Positions 49,068 through 59,201 are shown, counted from the first letter of the stretch. The stretch: 64,000 bases of DNA from Ignavibacteriota bacterium (GCA_963727825.1 CAVSHO010000010.1:1-64000); one strand, 5' to 3'. The notes: a model not told the origin generated them from the letters alone. A program made the numbers and translations.

Positions 49068-49856
49068 TTACTTTCTCACTAACTGATTTCTCCAATGTGC
49101 CAGAAATATGCCGCAAGCGATTCCGACATTAAGTGATTCTGCCTTGCCAAAACGCAGAATATTTAATATTTCATCGGCATGCTGAAGAATATCCGGATTC
49201 ACCCCATGCGCTTCACTTCCTAAAATAAGAATAGATTTTTCCTTAAGTGAAGAAGAATTAAGCGGTGTCCCATTAAGAGCAGTTGCAATGAGTTTGAAAC
49301 TCTCAGATTTAAGATTAGAGAGTACAGTTTTTAAATCAATATCCTCGAACACTTTCAAATGAAAAATAGAGCCTGCAGTTGCACGAAGAACTTTTTCATT
49401 ATATAATGAAACACATCCTTCGCCTAAAAGGACAGCATCAACACCGAACCAATCGCACGTGCGAAGAATAGTACCTAAATTTCCCGGATCATTTATATTG
49501 TCGCATGCGACCATGAATTTTGCTGAGTAAATATATTTTATGTCGAACGCCTCAATTTGTTGATGTACAAGAGCTACGACTCCCTGGGAATGAACGGTAT
49601 CAGAAATCTGTCTTAACTGCACTTCCTTCAATTCTTTTACAGGAATACCGTGATTCTGTGCGAGTGCGAGTGTTGATTGGTGCTCGGAATTTTGACTTGC
49701 TCCATGTAATGCGGCAATCATTTCAATGGAGAAATTTGAATCTAATGCATCTTGGAGAGGACGCCAACCCTCAAGAAGAAATTTACGTTCACTATCTCGA
49801 TACTTCTTCTGCTGAAGTGATCGAAGATATTTTATTTCGGCTTGATTCAAATTCAT
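49068..49856 (-). CDS. TrmH/SpoU family RNA methyltransferase
   Basis: DPGNLGTILRT, LGSEAHG and ESLNV motifs. Start refined from 49916. Confidence 0.93.
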   Translation of the reverse strand: MNLNQAEIKYLRSLQQKKYRDSERKFLLEGWRPLQDALDSNFSIEMIAALHGASQNSEHQSTLALAQNHGIPVKELKEVQLRQISDTVHSQGVVALVHQQIEAFDIKYIYSAKFMVACDNINDPGNLGTILRTCDWFGVDAVLLGEGCVSLYNEKVLRATAGSIFHLKVFEDIDLKTVLSNLKSESFKLIATALNGTPLNSSSLKEKSILILGSEAHGVNPDILQHADEILNILRFGKAESLNVGIACGIFLAHWRNQLVRK

Positions 49857-49951
49857 AGCTGGAATATATAGAAAAAGGAAAGTAGAAACAAAGTTTTGTA
49901 GAGTCCGATGACTCATCGGACATTTTTAGATAAATCCATTTACTTTATGTT

Positions 49952-49973
49952 AGTCCTGTCTGGGGACAGGACT
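49952..49973. repeat. Hairpin immediately after the comEC stop codon
   Basis: Perfect 9-bp stem AGTCCTGTC-tggg-GACAGGACT with no U-tract. Confidence 0.55.
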
Positions 49974-52373
49974 CTACAGCTTTTGCCTCCATTCTTTTTG
50001 TATCCATTTCGCACCATCACTTTCAAACACGATTGCTCCTAATTTATCAGTCCGTTTTATATCTATTGAATTGGCTTTTAATCGCCAAATAGTGAACGGT
50101 GAGGGATGGCGGAATTTATTATGGTTTCCCACAGAGATAAGAGCTATTCGAGGATGTACAACTTTTAGAAACTCTTCGCTTGAACTTGTAATACTTCCAT
50201 GATGACCAGCTTTCAGAATATCGCTTGAAAGAAACGCACCATAACGCGGCATAATTCTTTGCTCGGTTGCAACTTCTGCATCACCAACAAACATTGCCGA
50301 TGAATTGCCATAAATAATTTTCACCACTACAGAAGAATTATTCGGATTCTTCTCTGCTACGTGATTCGAATCAGGGTGTAGAACATACACTCGGGCGTTT
50401 GAATCTATCTGAATCTGACTTCCCGTTCTTACTATCTTTTCCCCTGTATGTCTCGCTTCAGCAATTTCTAAAACATCTTTTACCTGATGATTGTTCGTGG
50501 CAAAAGATGCCATAATGATCGTATCAACGCGGAGTGATTTGAGAACTGATCCTGCACCTCCAAAATGATCAATGTGGGGATGTGTAATCAATAAATAATC
50601 GAGCTTTGAGATTCCTTTTCGTTTTAAGAATGGTACAACGGTGCGTTCGCCTGCATCGAATTTCTGAGACAATGGGCCGGTATCAATCAACATCCTTTTA
50701 TTATTTGGGAATTCAATTAAAATGGCGTCACCCTGTCCAATATCAATAGCCGTTATTGTACATTTGGGAGGTGTCAGAAACCAAATATTTGAATAGAGTG
50801 CATAGTTACTCAGCATTAAAATAACGATGAGCAACCATGCACGAACGTGCGGTAATTTCAGATTGAAGACACCGATTACCAAAATATAATATCCGACAAC
50901 AAATACAACGTTGAAATGCCATGCTTCAAAATACGCAAATGGAACACTTGCTGCCTGTTTAACGAATCCAAGCAGAAACCAAACTAAGAAATCATTTGTC
51001 GCCGCATATAATTTTGCAATCCACGGACTGATGGGATAAAACATGATTTCCGCAGCTCCAATAAATGTATTGAGTCCGCTTATTGGCACAACCGGGATAT
51101 TCGCTACCAAGGAAATAATTGACACGCGGCCAAAATAGTACGCGGTAAAAGGCACTGTTCCCAATTGAGCAGCGAGCGAAACAGCGAACAATTTCAACAC
51201 GGCATCAACACCCTTAATTTCTTCAAATCGTTCCGGAATTTTCTTGATAAGCGCTTCAAGGCGAGGATAGAAATATACAATAGAGATAACTGCTGCAAAC
51301 GACAGCTGAAAGCTAACATCAAATAATGTGTTAGTATTCCAGAAAAGAAGAATAAGCGCGGCAATACTAATTGTATTGTAAATGTCTGCTTTTCTTTCAA
51401 ACAATGTTCCACATAAAAGAACAATTGCCATTATTGTTGCACGCACAACTGAGGCGCTCGATCCTGTAACTAACATATACGCAACAAGTCCCAGAATTGC
51501 CAAACCACCAACTGCTTTCCGCGGTAACCGCAAGAAGCCAAGTATTGAGAAGAAAATAGCTGCGACGAATGCGACATTCGAACCAGATACTGCTAAAATG
51601 TGAATCGTACCCGTATCCATGAAAGATTGTTTTACATCCGATGAAATATCAGCGCGATACCCGAATATTATTCCATTCAAGAAACTTGCATGGCGGGGAG
51701 AATGGAGACGATCGATGATACGGTATAAGTTCTGCTGTATCGAATAGGTCAAAGCCTGGAAGGCATTTCCATCCGCCATTCCATAGATTCGCACATTATC
51801 TAATCCTTTGACTGTTACAACACCTTGAATATCATTCATCCCAAGATATTTTCCATAATCGAATTCTCCAGGATTTCGCTGAAACGGAAATGGTTCCAGC
51901 GTTCCATTCATTTCTATCTTCTTCCCAAATTCTATTCCTTCTTTGTAGTGATCCTTTTTATCAAACCTAATCATAATCATTATTCTACATGAATTTCGGT
52001 CAATCTTTCCCCGGCGAAAGATACTGTCCGCACAAACAACACAGCTAATTCGACGCTCCTGCAGCGCAGGTTCGGAATCAATTGTACCAAATAGAATCAG
52101 CGGTTCATCGTTGATACGCGGTTCAAGTTCTCGTGAATTAGAATTTGATTGTTGAAGTGTCTGAAGAAAAATGCCAAGCAGGATAACCGCACATTGGAGC
52201 AATAAATCTGTAATATTATTCCACTTGTTTATCAGTAAGAATATTACAGCGATGATAACAAGAATAAAGATAAGTATGAACGACCAGGTTGGAGACAGTG
52301 AAATCCACCCCGAAATAATAATTCCGGCAGAAAATAAAAGAACCAACCGCAATGCTGGACGGTTTCGGAACAT
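49974..52373 (-). CDS. comEC: DNA internalisation competence protein ComEC/Rec2
   Basis: NPGEFDY, HILAVSG, SFQLSF and a C-terminal MBL domain (DIGQGDA, THPHIDH, GHHGS). Start refined from 52406. Confidence 0.95.
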   Translation of the reverse strand: MFRNRPALRLVLLFSAGIIISGWISLSPTWSFILIFILVIIAVIFLLINKWNNITDLLLQCAVILLGIFLQTLQQSNSNSRELEPRINDEPLILFGTIDSEPALQERRISCVVCADSIFRRGKIDRNSCRIMIMIRFDKKDHYKEGIEFGKKIEMNGTLEPFPFQRNPGEFDYGKYLGMNDIQGVVTVKGLDNVRIYGMADGNAFQALTYSIQQNLYRIIDRLHSPRHASFLNGIIFGYRADISSDVKQSFMDTGTIHILAVSGSNVAFVAAIFFSILGFLRLPRKAVGGLAILGLVAYMLVTGSSASVVRATIMAIVLLCGTLFERKADIYNTISIAALILLFWNTNTLFDVSFQLSFAAVISIVYFYPRLEALIKKIPERFEEIKGVDAVLKLFAVSLAAQLGTVPFTAYYFGRVSIISLVANIPVVPISGLNTFIGAAEIMFYPISPWIAKLYAATNDFLVWFLLGFVKQAASVPFAYFEAWHFNVVFVVGYYILVIGVFNLKLPHVRAWLLIVILMLSNYALYSNIWFLTPPKCTITAIDIGQGDAILIEFPNNKRMLIDTGPLSQKFDAGERTVVPFLKRKGISKLDYLLITHPHIDHFGGAGSVLKSLRVDTIIMASFATNNHQVKDVLEIAEARHTGEKIVRTGSQIQIDSNARVYVLHPDSNHVAEKNPNNSSVVVKIIYGNSSAMFVGDAEVATEQRIMPRYGAFLSSDILKAGHHGSITSSSEEFLKVVHPRIALISVGNHNKFRHPSPFTIWRLKANSIDIKRTDKLGAIVFESDGAKWIQKEWRQKL

Positions 52374-52380
52374 AGCACGT

Positions 52381-53319
52381 TCACGAATCAAAAAATAATC
52401 TGACAATTGCAGGTGTAATATGCGTCAGATTCTTTATCTGATTTTTCAATTGATGACATTGCTTGCCTACAATAATGCATGGCACTCTGTTGCGTGTGTG
52501 TGACTTGGTAGAAAGATCTTCAATATTGCCGTGGTCGCTGACAATCAATAATAATGTATTGCAAGGATCGAATGATTCTAAAAAACCGGATAAAAATTCA
52601 TCTAAACGTTCCAGTACTTCTACTGCAAACGCCATCTTCTGACTATGACCAGCATGATCGGTTAGCCAGTACTCGAACAGTGTAAAATCATGCCGTGCCA
52701 CAATGTGGGATAGATGCTTGCCTGCCGTTTTAGGCGCGATCGGTTTAATATCAGGATGTCCAAGTTCAGGCCATTGAGTGCGAATAAAGTCTGCAGAAAT
52801 TCCTTCATCTCTCTGAAGCTCTTGTCCAGTAAGTAGTGGAATACCGGCGAGCTGACACGAAAGCGTTGTAACTGTAAGCCGTCGACTACCGGATTCTGTG
52901 TAATCGAAAAAACGTTGTGGAAAAGCATTCGCAAATACAACCGATTTGCCGATCGTTTTCAATTGATGAAATATATTTTTCTCAGCAATAATCGGATGAA
53001 GAATTAATGGCGGATATGGGCCAAAATGTCGCCCGAATTTCTTTGCTCCATTAATTCCAGTAAAAATCGCAGTTTGACCCGTACCACTTTGAGGCAAACC
53101 AGATACCCCAAGCGTTGCATTAATCGCAGTTATTTCCGTCTGATCTGTAGATTTTTTTTTAAATGGCGTATGCGGTAGTTCTCCTCCGCACAACGCAGTC
53201 AGCGTTGGCATTCGTGCACGAAAGAATGGATTGATATCCGCATCTTTCTTTCCGATGCCGACCCCATCTAGAAAGAGAAGAACTACATGCAGATTCGAAT
53301 TTTGGGCTTCAATCCCCAA
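52381..53319 (-). CDS. Metalloenzyme (alkaline phosphatase / phosphoglycerate mutase superfamily)
   Basis: FLDGVG, PQSGTGQT, TDHAGH, SDHGN and HTRN motifs. Confidence 0.85.
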   Translation of the reverse strand: MGIEAQNSNLHVVLLFLDGVGIGKKDADINPFFRARMPTLTALCGGELPHTPFKKKSTDQTEITAINATLGVSGLPQSGTGQTAIFTGINGAKKFGRHFGPYPPLILHPIIAEKNIFHQLKTIGKSVVFANAFPQRFFDYTESGSRRLTVTTLSCQLAGIPLLTGQELQRDEGISADFIRTQWPELGHPDIKPIAPKTAGKHLSHIVARHDFTLFEYWLTDHAGHSQKMAFAVEVLERLDEFLSGFLESFDPCNTLLLIVSDHGNIEDLSTKSHTRNRVPCIIVGKQCHQLKNQIKNLTHITPAIVRLFFDS

Positions 53320-53338
53320 AGGTAAATTTCCCTTATAA

Positions 53339-53791
53339 CTATCGATTCTTGCTTTCTAGCATCAATGTTACTGGTCCATCATTGACAAGCTCTACATCCA
53401 TCATCGCACGAAATATACCGGAAGCAACATGCTGTTCGTCCAAATGTTTTTTTAAATGTCTGTTAAAATGGTCGTATAGAGCTTCAGCAATCTGCGGAGG
53501 TGCAGCATCTGAATAACTTGGCCGGTTGCCTTTTTGAGTATCACCGTAAAGTGTGAATTGCGAAACCACAATCGCCTCGCCCTTTACATCTTTAACCGAA
53601 AGATTCATCTTCCCTGTTTTATCTTCAAAGATACGTAGAGACGAACACCGCTCAGCAAGATACTCCGCATCGGATTCTGTGTCGCCCTTCTTTATACCAA
53701 GCAGGATAAGCATCCCCTTTTCGATGGAACTATGCAATGTTCCTTCAATAGTAACTGAACATCGCTTCACTCGCTGAACTAACACACGCAT
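53339..53791 (-). CDS. dtd: D-aminoacyl-tRNA deacylase
   Basis: MRVLVQRV, SQFTL and NDGPVT motifs. Start refined from 53842. Confidence 0.96.
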   Translation of the reverse strand: MRVLVQRVKRCSVTIEGTLHSSIEKGMLILLGIKKGDTESDAEYLAERCSSLRIFEDKTGKMNLSVKDVKGEAIVVSQFTLYGDTQKGNRPSYSDAAPPQIAEALYDHFNRHLKKHLDEQHVASGIFRAMMDVELVNDGPVTLMLESKNR

Positions 53792-53894
53792 GGCAGTAAT
53801 TATCCGATTGTAAAAAGAAACCCACCATTGAAAAAGTTTCATTTTACTTGCTATCTTGAATATCTTTCTTATTATTCTCGCGTAAGGTTCGCAA

Positions 53895-54812
53895 TCAATT
53901 TAGACTTATCAGATTCGATGGTAAACCTGTCCAAATTCCGGAAACAACGCGTGGTATTCCTTGTAAATCATTTGTAATTTGAAGCTGATCTATTCCAGCA
54001 TTCTTCAATTCACGTGCAACCTTCTCTGCCTGGTTAAAACCGACTTCAAACATGATGCCTCCGCCGGGCTTGAGAATATCAGGAATAATTCCAATGAGGC
54101 GATGGTAGAATTTAAATCCGTCCTTGCCGTCGGTCAATGCTACCGAAGGTTCGAAATCTCGCACTTCTATTTGTAGTTGTTCCCACTCGTCTTTCGGAAC
54201 ATAAGGAGGATTGCTCACGAGAACATCAAATCTTTTTTGGAATAATTCCTCTGTTCGATCAAACACATCGACCAAAGAAAATTGGATTTGTGAATCAACA
54301 GAATGCAGTCGCGCATTCTTCTCAGCAACAATCAATGCTTCCTTACTAACGTCGATAGCCGTAACTTGTACATGTTTGATATACTTTGCAATAGATACCG
54401 CAATATTCCCGCTTCCCGTTCCAACTTCTAGCACTTGAATCTGTGCATCGTCAGGATATCGCTGGCACAACAACATCGCTTGTTCGATGAGAGTTTCTGT
54501 TTCAGGGCGTGGAATAAGCACTCGTGAATCGACGGCAAAGTGAAGTCCCATAAAACTCGTTGAACCGATAATATACTGAACCGGTTCTCGCTTTAATCGT
54601 CGTTCATATAATGTTCGGAATTGCTTAAGTTCTTCTGATTTAAGAGGCTTATCAAAATGGAGATATAGCTGAATGCGTTGTATGTCTAACGCATGTGCAA
54701 GAAGGAGTTCAACGTTGAGACGGGCATCCTCAAATCCCTTACGTTGAAGGTGCTCTATTGCAGATTTCATTAATTCGCGGACAGTCCATACTCGTGTCTT
54801 ATCTTCTGGCAT
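53895..54812 (-). CDS. prmC: Release factor glutamine methyltransferase
   Basis: EPVQYI, VLIPRPETE, GTGSG and SNPPY motifs. Confidence 0.96.
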   Translation of the reverse strand: MPEDKTRVWTVRELMKSAIEHLQRKGFEDARLNVELLLAHALDIQRIQLYLHFDKPLKSEELKQFRTLYERRLKREPVQYIIGSTSFMGLHFAVDSRVLIPRPETETLIEQAMLLCQRYPDDAQIQVLEVGTGSGNIAVSIAKYIKHVQVTAIDVSKEALIVAEKNARLHSVDSQIQFSLVDVFDRTEELFQKRFDVLVSNPPYVPKDEWEQLQIEVRDFEPSVALTDGKDGFKFYHRLIGIIPDILKPGGGIMFEVGFNQAEKVARELKNAGIDQLQITNDLQGIPRVVSGIWTGLPSNLISLN

Positions 54813-54818
54813 ACTGAT

Positions 54819-55361
54819 TTATTTCTTGCTCCGCTTATGCGCTTTCGATTTTTGGTTTTTAACTGGTTTCGTCCGTTTTACTAATCTAGATTTTTGATGA
54901 GAAGTTTTTTTCTTCAATGCTAATTTGACGGTTTTCTTTGGTGCGACTGCCGTTTTTTTGTTGACTGAAGTATTTTTTGATTTCATGATCTGGCCGGCAA
55001 ATGCCCTTCGTCGAATACTCCCTACTTCCTCTTCGTCCTCACTGATGATAGTTTCAACAATTTTTCTGCTTCGCAACTTCACACGATCTTCTGAAAAGAA
55101 GCCAAGTTGTTCCATATCTGAATCCGCGATTTCAATATCCGGCAAGATTTCTTCATCCTCCTGAATTTTTAATTGCGCAGGTACAATCTGGAAACGGTTA
55201 TCAGCTTCAAGCATCGCGCTAAAATCTGATAAGGATGCGATTTCGAATCCTTTGGTCTTAGAACGGTGAGCGACCTCTTCCCATACTTTACGAACCGGCA
55301 CCAAAGGCTCTTGTTCATCCCTGAGAATCAACTCGGCTTCATTTAAACATTTCTCATACAC
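54819..55361 (-). CDS. Hypothetical protein with a winged-helix-like N-terminus, acidic middle and Lys-rich tail
   Basis: AAAGGAG SD 6 nt before GTG 55361 (in frame with the track ORF starting at 55436); directly upstream of prmC. Confidence 0.7.
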   Translation of the reverse strand: MYEKCLNEAELILRDEQEPLVPVRKVWEEVAHRSKTKGFEIASLSDFSAMLEADNRFQIVPAQLKIQEDEEILPDIEIADSDMEQLGFFSEDRVKLRSRKIVETIISEDEEEVGSIRRRAFAGQIMKSKNTSVNKKTAVAPKKTVKLALKKKTSHQKSRLVKRTKPVKNQKSKAHKRSKK

Positions 55362-55416
55362 TGCAAACTCCTTTGTTGAGAATAGGGTAAGAATATTTTC
55401 TATGAAAAATGTAAAG

Positions 55417-56661
55417 TTATTTCGAGGAAAGCGCAAGTTTCATATACGGATTTGGCATGCGTACTAATAGAACGAAGCCGACAAGACCAATAATTAATGA
55501 GAACACAAAGACAAAGTTGTAACCATAGAATGCGCTCAACCATCCAGCGAGAGGAGTAACAAGGTAGAATGGAGCGAACCAGGCGTTCATCAATCCTACG
55601 TACATTGGGCGTTCTCCATAAGGTGCGCATTCAACGGCAAAATTGTACCGCATTGCTGTTTCAGCACCAACATTTACGCCGAAGAAAAGGAAAACAAAAT
55701 AGAACCAGTTTACAGATTGTGCTAAACATGCAATTGCAATTGCCAGCAGCAGGCTTACCCCGCAGACAACTAAGGCGCTCTTAGTTCCTTTTGCATCAGC
55801 AAGCCAACCTAATAGTACACCGCTAATGATCTGTCCGGTAATCATTAGGATTGTGAATACACCAATTACGTATTCAGAAATTTCGAATCGCTTTATAGCT
55901 GTAATAGTAAAGAATGCGGCTGATGAAAAACTGATTGTCAGCAAAGCAGAAGCAACTAGAAATTTTCTATAGGGACGATTTACTGCAACAATTGACCGTA
56001 CACGAGAAAATAATTCTGAAAGATGCACAGGAATTGAAACAGGAGAAGGCAGCTCTTCTACAACCTTGCGTTGTGTCGCCAAAGAACTCATTTGAAATAT
56101 AAACGCAAGTCCTATAGCTGAAGCATAATTATATGGAAACCGGAAAATCGTAAGCATCGCTGTTAATATGAAACTATTTACAAAAGCCAGCACGGCGGCA
56201 AGAGTAACTCGCCAGCCCATTATTTTTCCTCTTCTTTCTGGTGAAGTTGTTTTTACAAGGAAATCCATCCAGATGGGAGAAATCGTACCGGACGTAGCCT
56301 GATTAGAAATATATAATAGAAATAGTAACGTAAGGGAAAGTGTCGGTGCAGAAGCTCCCCACAATGCAATAACACAGGCAAGCAGAAGAATATCCAAACG
56401 CTGAATGAATCCATATCTAATAACTGCAGATTTACGGTATTGCGACGCGCCCAAATAGTTTGCCGAAATAACCTGCGGCATATAGTAGGCAAGATATACA
56501 ACAACAGGCCATGTGCCGATAAGTATATCACTGCCGCCTAATCGTTTAATAAGCGCAGGCATCATTGTCTGTACAGGAATTAGGGCTCCTGTACTGATGT
56601 AGAGCGCTCCTTCAACGATATGGTAACGTTCATTTTTCGATTGTTGTTCGTGCGAATTCAT
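55417..56661 (-). CDS. MFS transporter
   Basis: About 12 hydrophobic segments, with ERRGK and GWLADAKGTK loop motifs. Confidence 0.88.
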   Translation of the reverse strand: MNSHEQQSKNERYHIVEGALYISTGALIPVQTMMPALIKRLGGSDILIGTWPVVVYLAYYMPQVISANYLGASQYRKSAVIRYGFIQRLDILLLACVIALWGASAPTLSLTLLFLLYISNQATSGTISPIWMDFLVKTTSPERRGKIMGWRVTLAAVLAFVNSFILTAMLTIFRFPYNYASAIGLAFIFQMSSLATQRKVVEELPSPVSIPVHLSELFSRVRSIVAVNRPYRKFLVASALLTISFSSAAFFTITAIKRFEISEYVIGVFTILMITGQIISGVLLGWLADAKGTKSALVVCGVSLLLAIAIACLAQSVNWFYFVFLFFGVNVGAETAMRYNFAVECAPYGERPMYVGLMNAWFAPFYLVTPLAGWLSAFYGYNFVFVFSLIIGLVGFVLLVRMPNPYMKLALSSK

Positions 56662-56675
56662 GTTCTTTCTATAAC

Positions 56676-56703
56676 AAAAAAGGTCACACTATGTGACCTT
56701 TTT
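56676..56703. terminator. Intrinsic terminator (potentially bidirectional) after the response regulator
   Basis: AAAAAAGGTCACA-cta-TGTGACCTTTTT. Confidence 0.8.
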
Positions 56704-56729
56704 ATTCAACATCGTCGAGCGGCCTACTG

Positions 56730-57134
56730 CTACTTCTTCATTTTCTCGGCAAAGAGCTGTGCAACTTTTTCAATGTCATATCCAACTTTTGGCAGATAAA
56801 TACCCCCATGTTTTTCAACCATCGATTTTAATGTATCGTATGCATCAGCACTACAAAAAAAAGTCGGCGTTGTTCGATTCGGACTTTCTTTTTTCGCTAA
56901 TTGAAGAAGTGCAATACCGGGAAGATGCCCTTTCAGGCTGTTATCTTTAAAATCGTTATCAAGGATTATTAGATTAAAAACTTCAGATTTTATCTTTGCC
57001 CATGTTTCCACACTCGTAGTTGTTTCAACGATTTCAATCTCGTCTCCTAAAATAGCTGTGACAACTTCGAGAGCAAAACCATGGGATTTGCGCTGTCCTT
57101 CATCGTCATCTGCTACGAGAACTTTATACGTCAT
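56730..57134 (-). CDS. Single-domain response regulator (receiver)
   Basis: VLVADDD, IILD (phosphoacceptor), FCS and YLPK motifs. Confidence 0.8.
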   Translation of the reverse strand: MTYKVLVADDDEGQRKSHGFALEVVTAILGDEIEIVETTTSVETWAKIKSEVFNLIILDNDFKDNSLKGHLPGIALLQLAKKESPNRTTPTFFCSADAYDTLKSMVEKHGGIYLPKVGYDIEKVAQLFAEKMKK

Positions 57135-57248
57135 TAGATTATTTTTCGATTAGAAATACTTTAGTATTCTTTTTTTCTATACTACAAACTTTTCATGGTA
57201 AAAACAATAACCCTATTCTTTCGTTAAATCTTAGCATACGAACGGCTA

Positions 57249-58997
57249 TTATTGGCGCGTATACACGACTTTACCCCCAAGCACAGTCGACTCCACCTGG
57301 ATAGCCGGTATCTCAATTACGGGACATCGATATATATCCTTTGAAATAACGATAAAGTCTGCAAGTTTTCCGCGTTCAAGTGACCCTTTCAGATTTTCCT
57401 CAAATGCCGCATATGCAGCCCATGTCGTGTAACCACGGATTGCTTCTTCCCGCGTCATTTTCTCTGAAGCGTACCATCCATTAACAAACGCCGTTGTATC
57501 AGCGTATCCGTCGGCAGGAGGTTGAAAATATTTGCGCATATCATCAATATTTTTCGGTATTCCATTCTTGTCCTGCCGAGTACACGCAGCATAAATTCCA
57601 AAGAACGGATTTGAACTTTCGACAGGAAAGTCTGAACCCTCTGGAATAACAACACCGGTATTTAACAATGATCGCCAAGCATACGCCCCGCGAATCCGTT
57701 TTGATCCGAGCCGTGATTCTGCCCAATACATATCAGTAGTACATTGTATCGTCTGCATGCTCGGAATAACATTAAGCTGCTTGAAGCGGGGAATATCTTC
57801 TGGTGATAGTACCTGAGCATGCTCTATACGCAATCTTGCAAAAGGCAATTGATGCTTTTTCAATGCTGATTCGTACACATTAAGAATAATGGCATTTGCT
57901 CTATCGCCAATTGCATGCGTGCAGACTTGGAAACCATAATCCAGTGATTCATTTACTAATTTAGATAATTCATCTTCTGAAAGCATTGTCAGTCCACGAT
58001 TGTTTGAATCATCAGAATATGGTTCGATTAAAGCTGCTCCGCGAGAACCCAGTGCACCATCGATATATATTTTTAATGCGCGAATAGTAAGTTTGTTGTT
58101 TCCATACCCGATTAGCTTTCCTTCCTTTTTTATTTTATTCCACAACTCCCCTGGTCCATCGATTGCGGCATATACGCGTATAGGAAATATGTTTTCATCG
58201 ATCATTTTCTTGTATAATTCAAATTGCCTCGCATCCACTCCCATTTCTTGAACCGATGTGAGTCCTACTGAAGCACATTCTTCTGTCGCAAGTCGAATCG
58301 CCTCGCGCATTTCCTGTTCGCTGGGTTCTGGTACGAATTTATAGATCAATTCCATTGCTGCATCAACAAAGACTCCGGTTGGTTCTCCATCGGCATAACG
58401 TACGATCTTGCCACCGGGCGGATCAGGCGTTTGTTTATTTACACCGGCAATTTCTAAAGCGCGCTTGTTCACCCAGCAAGCATGTCCATCAATACGAACG
58501 AGACAGACAGGATTATTCCGTGCATTCGCATCCAATGATTTCTTAGTCGGGAATGATTTCGACTGCCATTCATTTTGATCCCAACCGCTTCCGCGAATCC
58601 ACTGCTCAGGTTTTGACACAACCGCTCGCCGAGCAATTTTCTCTGCTGCTTCCTTTTCAGAATGTGTCCCCAATAAGTCAACTGTCATTCGAGAAAGACC
58701 AAGCCCGTAAAGATGACAATGTGCATCAATGAGCCCGGGTAATACCGTCTTTCCGCCCAGATCGATAATATTTTTCCCCTTAAATTTCCGCTCGATGTAC
58801 TCGCCTGTCCCTATTCCAACAATCCTGTCATTCACAATCGCCATTGCTTCTGCGATGGTGCTGTTTGCATCCATCGTGTAAATATGGCAGTCGGTATATA
58901 TAGTGTCTACGCGTTCAGGCATATATCGGTTTAAGAAAACAACGATGATAACTTCTGTGATCACAAACAAGATAAACCACTTGAGTTGAGTCGGCAT
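57249..58997 (-). CDS. Amidohydrolase_3 (YtcJ-like) with an N-terminal anchor
   Basis: PGLIDAHCH, DGALGSRGA, HAIGDRA, RIEHAQ, GSDFP and GKLADF motifs. Confidence 0.92.
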   Translation of the reverse strand: MPTQLKWFILFVITEVIIVVFLNRYMPERVDTIYTDCHIYTMDANSTIAEAMAIVNDRIVGIGTGEYIERKFKGKNIIDLGGKTVLPGLIDAHCHLYGLGLSRMTVDLLGTHSEKEAAEKIARRAVVSKPEQWIRGSGWDQNEWQSKSFPTKKSLDANARNNPVCLVRIDGHACWVNKRALEIAGVNKQTPDPPGGKIVRYADGEPTGVFVDAAMELIYKFVPEPSEQEMREAIRLATEECASVGLTSVQEMGVDARQFELYKKMIDENIFPIRVYAAIDGPGELWNKIKKEGKLIGYGNNKLTIRALKIYIDGALGSRGAALIEPYSDDSNNRGLTMLSEDELSKLVNESLDYGFQVCTHAIGDRANAIILNVYESALKKHQLPFARLRIEHAQVLSPEDIPRFKQLNVIPSMQTIQCTTDMYWAESRLGSKRIRGAYAWRSLLNTGVVIPEGSDFPVESSNPFFGIYAACTRQDKNGIPKNIDDMRKYFQPPADGYADTTAFVNGWYASEKMTREEAIRGYTTWAAYAAFEENLKGSLERGKLADFIVISKDIYRCPVIEIPAIQVESTVLGGKVVYTRQ

Positions 58998-59172
58998 GAT
59001 AATTCCTTACAGATACGTGATGACTCATTCCAATAGAGACTTAGCAAGTGCAAAAATAGATTTATCAGTATATTTAAATGCTAATGTACCTTGTGGAAAA
59101 GGGAATTGCAAACAAAATCCAAGTTTGGGCTAAAACGAGATGTTTTGTTACACACAATTAATCGATTCATTC

Positions 59173-59201
59173 TTGATTCCACTCCAATAATCTGCTAACT
59201 T
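59173..59201 (+). promoter_or_regulatory. Putative promoter of the polysaccharide locus
   Basis: TTGATT-N17-TAACTT. Confidence 0.5.
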
